NCBI GenBank assembly: GCA_964016885.1
Contig: OZ024750.1
Location: forward strand, 48,794,001-48,858,000
Reading direction: 5' to 3'
Source of the DNA: Eledone cirrhosa
Taxonomy: Eukaryota
DNA: 64,000 bases
Shown: positions 1 through 12,071 of the stretch, one piece after another
How the letters are laid out: each line of letters starts with the position of its first letter
Position numbering within the stretch: position 1 is the first letter of the stretch
Translations under genes and position numbers: made by a program
Notes under the pieces: model-generated
Databases searched by the model: none
What the model was told of the DNA's origin: nothing
What the model saw: the letters and a program-made list of their open reading frames with translations, nothing else

Positions 1-735
1 GCTACCGGGGGGCGCTGCCGGTTCGGGATAAACTCTACAGGCACGGAAGTGCTGTCAGACGAACCTGCCCGAGATGCGCGCAGAGCGACGAAACCGTTCT
101 GCACGCACTCGTCCAGTGTCCGTGCATTGCTGACTTGTGGGGTTATGTCGAACAGCTATTGTCGCGTGTAGAACGGATCCGGCTATCGTCCGAGTCCATA
201 GTGAAGATTGACCCGCCGCCTTCTTTTGGTCAGGAAGGGCAGGCAATTTTCCTCTGCCTGGTGGCAGTAGCGAAAGAGGTTGCATGGTGGACCAGGTTGA
301 AAGGACTGAAGACAGACACTTTTCTCTTCGGCCAATCCCTCATCAACTTCTTCAAGTTTCACTTGGAAAGGAAGGTGAGGGTGGAGAGAGAAGTGCTGCC
401 CCCCAGTACATTTACTGAAAGGTGGGTGAATGTGGCGAGAATGGCCCGCGTGAGTGGGCCTACTCTGATCATGCGCCTGTAGGCTGGTGAATTCGAGAAG
501 GAGAGGGGTGCCCTTCCCGGGTGCCCTAGGAGCGTCGGGTGGCTCAGGACTGGTGGGGTGCTTGAGTCAACCCTGGGTGGTGATCCCTCTTATTGGGGAA
601 CTTTCATTGTTGTATTTTTATTGTTATTTTGTTTTTTTGTTATTTATACTTACTCGATCTCTATGTAAACCCCCACTGTCCCTGTCTATTGTGTTGTCCC
701 CTATATGTCGGCCCTTGTGGCCAATAAATGAAATC
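1..735 (+). mobile_element. 3' end of a Tx1/L1-clade LINE (zf-RVT C-terminus of ORF2 plus 3' UTR); continues beyond the window start
   Basis: The frame from nt 3 reads YRGALPVRDKLYRHGSAVRRTCPRCAQSDETVLHALVQCPCIADLW... to a stop at 482, giving the CxxC-ETxxH-C zinc knuckle typical of L1/Tx1 ORF2. It is followed by a 3' UTR, AATAAA at 723-728 and an (ATT)n tract. Confidence 0.8.
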
Positions 736-754
736 ATTATTATTATTATTATTA

Positions 755-3700
755 CTGTTGCATTTATCTTGCTTTATGTTCATACGAGTTATCACCAAGT
801 CACAACCAGTGACCTCAAGAGACAACAAGGTCCGCCATGTTCAAGAAAGAACATACATACTCACACATGCATCTTTGGTGTTTAGACTTGTGATGTACTT
901 ATATTGGCTGAATCTTCCTTAGTATATGGGCAGTTCCAATTCGTACTATCTTTTGTATTTCTCCTATACGCGGGTTTCCTGGGATTTGCGATAACTAATC
1001 ATTAGACCCCTTAGATATTATTCCCAGAGCGCCTACAACCACTGGTATTGTTTTAGTTCTCAATTTCCACATTTTTCCAATTTCTATCTCCAGGTCCTTA
1101 TACTTGCTCAATTTTTCAAATGTTTGTATAAATACATTCTTGTCTATTGGAACGGACATATCAAATAGCAGGCATACCCTCTTTTTAAAGTCCTTCAATA
1201 TTATATCAGGTCTATTTGCATCTATTTTTCGGTCTGTTTCGATGCTAAAGTTCCACAAGATTGAGATGTGATATTTTTCAAGAATGGGATGTGGTTGATG
1301 CTCCCACCAATTCTTTTGATGGGGCAAGTCAAAATGTATCCAATGTATGTATTGTGCAGCTCTGTCATGCCTGTTCAGGTATTCGGTTGGAGCTATCGGA
1401 CTGCACATTGAAATTATATGGTCAATGGTCACTGGTTGTTTTTTGCATACACGGCATAATGGGCTGGATCCATTTTTTATTATGTTGGCTTGGTAATTTT
1501 TTGTTGGCAGACACTGATCTTGTGCTGATATAATCAGTCCTTCAGTCTCCGATTTCAGTCCAGAGGATGCCAACCACTGATGGATTAAAGTTTTGTCAAC
1601 ATCATGATTGTTAGCTCATTCTGGATATTTTCCATACAGAGGCTTTTCTTGCCATTTCTTAGCCAGTTTCTGTAGCAGTTCTTTCTTTGCAGTTACTTTT
1701 ACCTGCTTTGCTTTTTCTGTGTTTTCCATTTCAGCAGTAAATGGGACTTCTGAAATTTGTAGTCCATTACTGTATCTTTGTGCATCTTTTGTAATGGAAT
1801 ATGATCTGTTGATGCTTACGTGTTTCAAAACGAGTTTGATCACCCAATCATGTGATTCCTTTAGATATGTAGATAATCCAATTGTTGCAGTTTTCAACGC
1901 AATGTCTAACTGGATTAACCCACGTCCTCCTTCTTTCCTAGGGAGATATATTCTATCTATATCTGCCTGAGGGTGATGCATTCTGTGCATGGTTAAGAAT
2001 TTTCGAATTTTTGTATCGAGCCTACGGATCTCTGTGCTTGACCAGTTGATGACATTGTAACTGTAGGTTACGATAGGTATGGCAAGCATGTGTTTATGGC
2101 ATCGATCCTATTCCTTGCATTCAATTCCGTTCTTAAGATTGCTCTTACTCTGCGGTAACATTCCTTCCTTATCCTTTCCCTCATTGTCGAGTGCTTGATT
2201 CCGTCTCCTTCACAAACACCTAGATATTTGTAAGTTTTTTCTTGATCAAGTTCTCTTATCGCGTTCCCCCGATCAAGATTAATGTCTGAACTCTTAGCAG
2301 CTTTCCTCTGGTGAACGTTGCTTTGGCGCATTTATCTAGTCCAAACTCCATTTTAATGCCATCACTGAACTGCTCCACAGTGGATAATAGCCCTTGCAAT
2401 TGTTCATCATTTTTTGCAAATAATTTTAGGTCATCCATGTAGAACAAGTGATTAATGGTTTTGTCATAGACTTTATATACATGTTTTGTTTCATTGAGCA
2501 TTTCACTTAATGGTATAAGTGCGATGCAGAATAAAAGCGGTGATAAAGAGTCACCCTGAACAATTCCACAATTAATATTAACTTCTCCAGCTTCCAGTGA
2601 TTTTGTTTCACTAGTCAAAAGGAGTGTCGTTTTCCATGTCTTCATACTGAATGACAAAAATCTCCTGACAACGGGGGATATTTTGAAAATCTCTAAACAT
2701 TTTTCAATCCAACTGTGTCGCAAACTGTCGAATGCTTTTTTATAATATATCCACCAATCGATAGATTTTTGTGTCTATTATGACAATCTTCCAGTATCAT
2801 TTTGTTAACCAAAAGCTGATCCTTACAGCCATATGAGCCTTGTTTACACCCTTTATGTTCAATGGGAAATAGGTCATTTGTTATCAGGTGGTCATATGTG
2901 TATTCAGTTAGGACTGTTGTTAACATTTTATACATTGTGGTCAAGGAAGTTATCGGTCTGTAATTTTTGGGATTGCTTGTCTTATCATTCTTCGGAAGCA
3001 GGAATGTAATGCCGTTAACTAGCCATGATGGTATCTTTTCGGGCTCCTTAACTATTTCATTGTAAAGTTGGGCTAACAGCTCATGAGACTCTGTGAAGGC
3101 ATTTATCCAAAAGTTTTGTATTTTGTCTTTTCCTGGGGATTTCCTTTTGCTGGATTTTCTTAGAGCCAAGCGCAACTGTTCAACTGTTATATTTTCCCAT
3201 ATTTGTTCCTCAAGGTGAGCTGTATCTTTCATTTGTCTGTCTATCCATGGGGCATGTATGTTATGAACTTCTTCTTCGGCCCAAATCTTTACCCAGAATT
3301 CTTGCACTTCCTCTTTGGGTGGTATTGATTTAGCAGTTATTGTTGACTTACCAATTTTTCTGTAGAAGTTTCTTTGGTTGTTTTTGAACATATTATTGTC
3401 ATTATAGAATATAGATCGTTTTTCAAAGCGCCTTATACGAGCAGCTTTGGCCGACACTTTTTGCTTGATTATTTCTATCAGCATGTATATGTCACTTGTT
3501 GATTTTATACTGTACTTTCTTTTCAATTTTCTAAGTTTAGTTTGTTTAACATGTTCACCTACTTTATAGTTTGTTAAAACGTCTATGTCAGATCGGAGAA
3601 GGTTTATTTGGCGATTGATGTTCTCTTGCCAAGTAGATTTCTTGTGGGAATTCCTTTGTTTTTTCATCTTCACTCCACATAAGTGAGTGGTGACTTTAGC

Positions 3701-4600
3701 CGATGCATAATAGAGATGATTTAAATCAGTAATGTTCAGTTTGTTTGTGATGATAATGTATTTGAGAATTATGTTAGTCTTGTGTATTATCTTTTGGTTC
3801 TGTTTGGAGTTCTGGATCTTAGGGAGGGTGTCTCGTTTCCCCATGACAGATTCTTTCATTTTCATCCATTCGATCATAATTTCATCCTTCAAGTTGGCAA
3901 TTTCATTCTCATTCATTTCTTTATCATTTACGATCTCATTATATTCATTTGGAATTTCATCTTGAGCATGCACTCCCTCATGTTTCATTTTCCCTTCGCT
4001 GACTTTGTGCTAATAGCTTGATCTGATCAATTTCTATATCAGTTAGTAACTTTTTTCTTACAATATTTCTTCGTATATTGGCTAGTTTGTTACTGTCAAT
4101 ATAGCCTCTGTTTTCGGGATGTTTCTTTTTCCAGTTGATATATGTCTGTTCTGTATTCGATGTATTTGATGGGTAGTACATGGCAGTGTAGAAAGCCTCA
4201 AGGACTTCTTTATTATCTTCCCTTGATCATTTTTCTCTCTTTTTCTTTGGATTTCTTGGTGGTGAGCATGGAGGGCCAACAGTAGAAGTATTCCGGTTAT
4301 GGGAGGCCTCCAGCTCCGAAGTGATGGGAAGGTTTGAACCATTAGCTGATTTTTCGACCCCAGTCTGGTTCCTCTCTGAGTGACGCGGCCCTTTTTTACC
4401 CGGGTGACGGCCGATCCGGTATGAGATTTTATCATTAGACATTTACTTTATTTTGTCGCGTTTTATCCTTATCCGCCAAGGGGTAATCATTTCGTGTTAC
4501 CACTTCTAGAACGAGTGTCAACCAAGACTAGAGGGGTCGTTCTCCCCTAGAGACACGGCTATTCCCCGCCGGCCACCATCCCGGTATTTCTTGGTCACGG
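755..4600 (-). mobile_element. Full-length but decayed R4/Dong-clade non-LTR retrotransposon (RT plus restriction-like endonuclease)
   Basis: Frameshifted ORF pieces run from 4442 to ~900. RT motifs: NYRPITSL, QGDSLSPLLF, LFYMDDLK. Also present: GGRGL, a CCHC finger (CRVC...DHIISMC), RHD, RPD...FDMSVP...EKLSKY (RLE) and terminal GTAHILRK. The 3' end lies in (TAA)n, the known Dong/R4-type target. Confidence 0.92.
4440..4596 (-). ncRNA. Structured 5' leader of the R4/Dong element: candidate P4-less HDV-like ribozyme plus downstream small pseudoknot
   Basis: Sense strand: P1 GACCAA/TTGGTT (G-U first pair), P2 AGAAC/GTTCT, P3 GAC/GTC closing the 7-nt loop CCCTCTA. Downstream is a hairpin CCTT-GGCGGAT-AAGG whose GCG can pair with CGC after ATAAAA. 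G1 lies at the apparent element boundary. Confidence 0.55.
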
Positions 4601-5582
4601 GTTTTCTTTTTGTTTTTTTTTAAATTGTTATTATCATGAGTGGTTCCTTATTGTGAGCATTGCGTGGCTTAAGAATGATATTATTAATAAGTGTCTCCAC
4701 TCCAGGCACAAGGCCAGCAATCACCCAGTGTATTACAATAATATAATATACTTTTTGCTGAAGTTGCCTGTTATTGTTGTTGGCTATGTCGGTGGTGGTT
4801 CTGGGGCTTTTTATATTGTTGGTGAGGAAGGGGGGAGCCAGCAGTGCCATAGATGTTGACGTTTGGCCGGTGGCCAGGTCACTAAGTCAATCTAGTTATA
4901 TGTTTTGCTAGCCTCTCCCTTGTCTAGTGATACCGCGACCTTCCCCTTTCTTAAGTTAACAGGAGAATAGTGGTGGTAGCAATCAAGGAGTGGTGGCGGC
5001 GGTGATGGGATAGTAGTAGCAATGATGGATGGAGTGGTGGCGGCGGTGGCGTTGCCGTTACTGAGTTTTGTGATATGTAGTATCTATGAGTTTGTGTCGC
5101 GTATGTTTAATATATATTGTGTTGACATATTCCCGTAAAATTGGAATTAAACATTTTGATAAAACTTGAGTCAATAATAATAGTAATTATTATTATGATG
5201 CTGGGATTGGTGGTGGTGGTGGTGGTGGTGAAATTGCCGTTATCTGGCTGTTATATTTAGTGTGATGGGGTAGGTGGTGTATCAAGTTTCTGGTTTCGGT
5301 GAAATTGCTGTTATTTGGCTTTTCTATATAGTGTAGACAGAGGGTGTTTTCTTCCATTTATAACCATTTTCTTTTTTGAATACAAAATATATAATACAAA
5401 ATTGAATATTTGAGCGATATAACAATATAATATGGATCCGAAATTTTATGAGACTTGATTCGGTGGTTTATAGATCATTTGTACTAAGAATTGTTATTTC
5501 ACAATTGATTTAAATATGTTAAAAATCAAAAACTTACGGGAGCGATTTCATGACCTTTTACCACCACGTGCGTCTTCTTCCC

Positions 5583-5650
<68 letters not shown>
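5583..5650. repeat. (ATT)n microsatellite
   Basis: Pure trinucleotide run. Confidence 0.97.
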
Positions 5651-5652
<2 letters not shown>

Positions 5653-6079
5653 GCATTCATATTGTTTTTATGTTATTCCATTTCTAAGAATAAATATAAT
5701 TTCAGATGAAGAATGCCACGTGGGTTTGCACTCAAATCAACACAATCAGGTTTGCCACTAAACATTAACCTTCATAAATAAATGTATTGAGACGACAGAG
5801 AATATAAAGTATTTGTTTAATATAATTTTTAGGCTGAAAGAAATGTAGGTAAAATGAATCATACCGAAAATGTAGAGTTTCGTATGATCAAATGTAATCA
5901 TGCATGTATGTATGAATATTTGTATATATGTATATATGTATGTATGTATATATGTATGCATGTATGTTTGTATGTATGCATGTATGTATGCGTGTATGCA
6001 TGTATGTATGTTTGTATGTATGTATATATGCATGTATGTATTATTTTTGTATGTATGTGCGTATGTACATACATATATA

Positions 6080-6935
6080 GTTTGCCAGCTAAGCCCGCAA
6101 ACCGACTGCAAAACTAGAAACTTAGTATATAGCATAAGATATATTGAGGGACAGTGTAGGAATAGGAACATAATATACACAGGTGAAACAATCCGTAGCA
6201 TAGGAGAAAGGATAAGTGAACCCTGGCGAGAACTCCAGGATGGGAACAAATCTTCAGTACTCCACCACAATTGATAACATAGAGATAACAATTATATCCA
6301 CACAGAGAAAAGAGGCAATGCTCAGACAAATCACAGAGGCAACAAGCATAAACTTACTACAACCAAAATTAAACCGAAGACATGAGTAGAATAGCAACAT
6401 CACACCTATTAATTAAAGACAAAATGAAGAAATACAGAGACACACAAAAACCAAACTAACAAAACAAATTAGACACACACAGATAGAACAAACAACCAAT
6501 TAGTGACAAAGTAAATAAACACATAAATAGATAAACACACACACACAAATACCCGTATGTAACATATGTATGTAAACTAAGCACACAACACACCGTTATC
6601 GAAGAAACCAACCAACCAACCAACCAACCAACATAAAATGTATAATAAATTTAAGTGAAAACCAACAAGTGCATGTGTTTTTATTGGCAGCATGACCCTG
6701 ACAAAGTGACATCCTCATTGACAAGCAAAAATAATATTGTTTAAGTCAGAACAAAGGCGAGACACAAAATAGAATAACGTGTCAATAAGGAGGCACATAA
6801 TTCGTGACGTAAAGTTTTTAACAATATAATAACAACCCTTAGCTTATCAAACCAACCAACCGGAAATTTATAATAAATTGAAGTGAAAACCAACAATAAA
6901 AGGTCCGTGTGCTTTTATTATCAGCATGACCCTCC
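6080..6935 (+). mobile_element. Penelope-like element 3' fragment (GIY-YIG endonuclease remnant plus 3' region with ~90-bp direct repeat)
   Basis: NLVYSIRYIEGQCRNRNIIYTGETIRSIGERISE matches VY...YxGET.R...R..E. A direct repeat lies at ~6610-6700 and ~6850-6932. Confidence 0.7.
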
Positions 6936-7103
6936 CCAAATATAACTATATATATCTAATTAATTATATAATAAACGCATCACAATATAAGTATTCCATT
7001 ACCGAAGGTTTCAAGAAACTAAACGATACTTACAACAACGTCATCAGATAGAATATTTATAACACAGACTCACACATACACACACAAACACACACGCGCG
7101 CGT

Positions 7104-7211
<108 letters not shown>

Positions 7212-8209
7212 GTGTATATTTTTATATATACATATTTTATAGAAAAAATATTGGTATACTTCGAGAAAACCAAAATTGAGTTATAAACTTGATAAGGTTT
7301 GCAGCTGCTGTTTATCTTAAAAGAAGTTTCCAATCCAGGTGTAATCTCCAATGAATGAAAACTAAACAAATTTGTATAAGTACAGGTTATATGTATATAT
7401 ATATAAAATATTGTTACAGTTGCTTTAAGCAGTGTAGAATATATGAAAATGAAGGTTACTTGAAAGCCGCGGCAAAGCAGATACGGTGGAAAATATTGAT
7501 GTAACAACATCTTTTGAGGAATGAGGAAGATGTGGTTGAATAAAACGAAGGGGTGAAGAGAACGAAAACTAGAATGAGAAATTATTTTACAATAGCTTTT
7601 TATGTATTAGAATATCAGAGAAGACCGACCTAAGCCTATGTGTTTTTGTTGCTGGAGTTAATCCTGATTGTGTTCCGCACATGCTCTCACACCAGCTTGC
7701 TATTCAGTCGTGTCGTAATGTCATCAGTGTCCAGCAGGTTGGTTGTGGTATATTCGTGTATGTTATGGCAGGCTGTGTTATACATCATTAAACATAACAT
7801 TTCCCTCACTACTTAATCATACTGTCGATATTTTAATATATCGTATCATTATTTGAGTAATCTTTATTTTATTTCATATAATTATTCGTTTTCGTTTCGA
7901 TCGTTCAAGTAAATTAGTCATTGGACTTCCTTTCTTTCCAGTATAATATTCATGGACTGTCTTGCCTGTTTTATTAGAAGGGGTTACTTGATTGGCATTG
8001 TCCGAATATTACGTTCAATAAGTAGTTGTTAAGCTGTTGTTCTCAATACTGCATTTAAGGATGCATTTCTTGAATGACGTGGAGTACGTGGTAACTTATT
8101 GATTTATTCTCTAGTGTCGAATTGTACTTTGGTGTAACGTTCATTGCAATTATCTCCCTCTAATCTATGCACCTCGTGTGCATTCATGAATGTTTGATTC
8201 GTATACAAT

Positions 8210-8643
8210 TCTAAAACATTAGCGTAATGTCTTCGAAATGCTTTTAATTAAGCATACAGTGTATTGCAAAATACACTATATATACATTCATATATATATC
8301 GCTATTTCAGAGCACCAATTCTAATGTTCAATTTTTGCTTGACCGGCAACAGCTCTGTATAATCAGTTCCTGGTTATTATTAGAATTCTATAAGAATCAA
8401 ACATTCATGATTTTCAGCAAAGAGGTGGAGTACTTAGCTTTGATAAGTACCAACAAGTACGAAACAGAACTCTGTCAGCTTTATCTCCCCTGTTTGCTAA
8501 ACATTTAAAGTAAATGAGACTGTCACTACTCTAAAACAATAGCGTAAGTTATTCGAAATGGTTTTAATTAAAAATACAGTGTATTGCAAAATACACTATA
8601 TATATACATACATATATATATATATCGGTATTTCAGGCACCAA

Positions 8644-8650
<7 letters not shown>
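8210..8650. repeat. Diverged ~115-bp direct repeat pair (8210-8324 and 8531-8650)
   Basis: Shared ctaaaaca.tagcgtaa...tacagtgtattgcaaaatacactatatatac...caccaattctaat. Confidence 0.85.
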
Positions 8651-8691
<41 letters not shown>

Positions 8692-8695
<4 letters not shown>

Positions 8696-8870
8696 TAAAA
8701 GGAAAAGAAAATGCTGACAAATTGTTCAGAGTGAAAATAGTTTAATTAGGAATAAGTAAAAATTAGTAATAGTATTGGTGAGTATTCAGTTTTGGTTTTA
8801 AGTTTTACCGGTTGCGCATTTCTAATGCTTTTCAAAAATAATTCTGAGATAGAGCGCCCGTGATGTTTGC

Positions 8871-8875
<5 letters not shown>
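8692..8875 (-). mobile_element. Short Penelope-like 3' terminal remnant between (TA)n tracts, with a decayed hammerhead at 8803-8838
   Basis: The minus strand reads ttt-TTGAAAA-GCAT-tagaa-ATGC-GCAA-CCGG-TA-aaa, and (TA)n flanks both sides. Confidence 0.5.
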
Positions 8876-8944
<69 letters not shown>

Positions 8945-8955
8945 CATATATATTC

Positions 8956-9570
8956 ATTAGTTAAGCAAAACAGGACGACAAATTTCACAAGGAAGACATT
9001 ATTAAAAGATTGTCAACATAGTTTAGTTTGATGTAAGCAATGTAGAGAATAAGAATGATAATATTAATAATAATAATATCCGTTTACAATTCTTTCGCTA
9101 CTCCATATAATATTTCTGGATCAGATGACTATATATCATAATTGATCTGGTTCAGTTGAAAATAATTAACATATTTAAAAAAACACAGCGGCTCATCGGA
9201 ACTTCTATGTTCCGATGAGCCGCTAACAACTGATGCATCCAAGACACCATGGTAAAAATCAATATATGGAATATTATATTATGTAACATTCTCTCATTAT
9301 TATAATTTATATTCCTTAGAAGTTCCGATGAGCCGCTCTGTTTTTTAAATATGTTAATTATTGTCAACTCAAACAGATCAATTATGATATATTGTCATCT
9401 GATCCAGAAATATCATATGGAGTAGCGAACCAATTGTAAACGGACATTATTATTATTAATATTATTATTATTATTATTCTCTACATTCCTTGCATCAAAC
9501 TAAAATAGGTTGACGATCTTTTAACAATGTCTTCCTTGTGAAATGTGTCGTCTTGTTTTGCTTAACTAAT
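8956..9570. repeat. Foldback: ~250-bp inverted arms (8956-9207 and 9317-9570) with an inner hairpin at 9187-9224
   Basis: The arms are diverged reverse complements (attagttaagcaaaacaggacgac... versus ...gtcgtcttgttttgcttaactaat). Confidence 0.92.
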
Positions 9571-9744
9571 TAACATTTCCAGCTCTGCGCACCTAACTTC
9601 TGCATGAAGCCAGCCACATAGCTGCTTTCTACTGCATATTGCACATGCCTTTACGCTTTGGCTTCTAACTAATTAAAACCAATCTCTCCTCTCATATCTC
9701 CTCTCATATCTCTATCTCTCTCTTTAAGATTGGTTACTCTTGAA

Positions 9745-9977
<233 letters not shown>

Positions 9978-11877
9978 ACGAAGGAGTTGTGGTAAGGGAC
10001 CAGATGGACCATAACGCACCAAAGTACTCAATACTTATGGTAGTAGTGTGGGTAATAGGAACAAGTATTACTCTGAAGGCAGAGCTCAAGCCGTTCCGAC
10101 GGCTATTTCTGGACTAAGTAAGAATGTTTAGCCTGGTAAATAAATAGCCGAACTTCTCAGGTGGTATATCCTTATATGGGAAGATAGTAATTGTCAAAAG
10201 TATTAGTCAAAAATTTGTTCTAGAGACAGACGAATCTATCATGGCATTTGGTGGAGGTAGGGGTAGCTGAACTTGCCGTTAGAACAAAGAGGGAGTGGGG
10301 GTAACCCAGTCAAATGTTAAAAGTGATATATATACCGCAGATTCTAAGGATAGTGTATAAATGATCGAAAAAGTGTATTGGAGAAGAGGAGGGGTTAAAC
10401 AAAATAAACATTATAAAATAAGGAAATAAATAAATAAAAATCAATTTCTGGTTACTAATCCAATTCCACAATCACAAAATCTCTTATTGGTATTGCTAAG
10501 CTATAGAAAGGTTTAATAGGTGGAGAATAGGAAAAATACTAAAAACAAGAAAGTAGTGAAACAATTTTATAAAGCCGAATTTATAGCGAGTCTAGCACCA
10601 TTGGTATAGGTAGTTAGTAATCAGACAATGCTATCTTACAATGTCAGGTTAATAAGTTGAGAAGAAAAATACTAAAATACTACTACAAAAATACTAATAC
10701 AAAATATTAATACAAAAAAACTAATACAAAAATACTAATACAAAAATGCTAATACAAAAATACTAATACAAAAATACCACTAAGAAATTTAGATACCACA
10801 GAAATGGAGCAGCAAATAGAAATAAATAAATTTACTGGGGTCTAACACATCTGCTATAAAAAGCGTAATTGGCCAATTCTATCTTAAAATTATGTGGAAT
10901 GGGGTGCTGAGGCTACAAAGGACCGATGGGCTGCATCGGGGTAGGCGAAAGGTGAAAAAAAGAGGAGGAAGGAGATCGGGGGTGAAAGAACTAGGACGAG
11001 ATGGGGGAGAAGAATTAAACATAAAGGTAAAGATAACAAAGTTACGCCTACGTTTGTAAGCAGGGGTTACCCCTTATAAAGTCGACAAGTAGGGTGTATC
11101 AGCCCTTGTCTAACCCCCGGGTCATTATGGGGTTTGAGAGCGAGGTAAGTCCTACGCAATCTGTGTTTGCATGCCGTTACCATTCGTCTTTCTTGTTTAG
11201 AAGTTGGTCCTTCGAAAACAGAATCTGTAATGTTTCCTCCGAGCATAAGATACACGGACGGCGTCCTACTGTGTAAAAGTTAGTTCTAGACAGTAAGCTC
11301 CAAGTGAGATTGTAGCTTATATTATTATCTTTGATTAAACCATGTTAGGTTGCGTGAGCGGCGGTTACGCCTGCTGGTTCCGCGAATGGAAGCTGGATAA
11401 TAGGATATTTCCTCCAGGAAGCCACTCCGCTTTAGGGCCTGATTGTAATAAGGCGCATATTTGTCGAATATCTCCTCATTAGCGGACAAACGAGATAAGC
11501 GGAGGGAGAAGCTTTAACCAGGTTTTATCTATTCATTCACCCCCCTCCTCTTCTCCAGTACGCGTTTTCGACCTTTTATACACTATCCCTAGAATCTGCT
11601 TTATAGATTTCACTTTCAACGCTTGACTGGGCTTCTCCCACTCCCTCTGTGTTCTACCGGCAAGTTCCGCCACCCCTACCTCCCACCAAATGCCATGATA
11701 GATTCATTTATCTCTACAACAAATTTTTGACCAATCCTTTTGACAATTACTATCTTCCCATATAAGGAAATAACCCCTGAGAAGTTTGGCTATTTATTTA
11801 CCAGGCTAAAAATTCATTAGTCCAGAAATAGACGTCGAAACGGCTTGAGCTCTGCCGTCGGGTCATACTTGCTCCTA
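9978..11877 (-). mobile_element. 5'-truncated Naiad-type Penelope-like element (family B) with an inverted copy of its 3' end
   Basis: GIY-YIG C-terminal remnant at ~11066-11500 (IKDNNISYNLTWSLL...PCILCSEETLQIL...LLNKK...TACKH) is homologous to the neighbouring element. Inverted arms are 10057-10397 and 11538-11877, with (TA)n at both ends and a 13-bp tandem repeat at ~10680-10780. Confidence 0.8.
11770..11866 (+). ncRNA. Type I hammerhead-like motif, core CUGAGAA (second copy on the minus strand, ~10068-10166)
   Basis: Stem I ACCC/GGGT, long stem II (GCTATTT/AAATAG), GAAA, stem III ACGGC/GCCGT with a GAGCTC-containing loop, and a GUC cleavage triplet. Confidence 0.6.
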
Positions 11878-11884
11878 TATATAT

Positions 11885-11980
<96 letters not shown>

Positions 11981-12029
11981 TGAGAGGGAGATGCGTTTGC
12001 GTGTACACACAAGATGAGAGAGAGGTACA

Positions 12030-12067
<38 letters not shown>

Positions 12068-12071
<4 letters not shown>

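Noticed and set aside
5698-5765. Possible further CAGAUGA hammerhead
   Set aside because: Stem II is plausible, but GAAA is missing and stems I and III cannot be closed convincingly.
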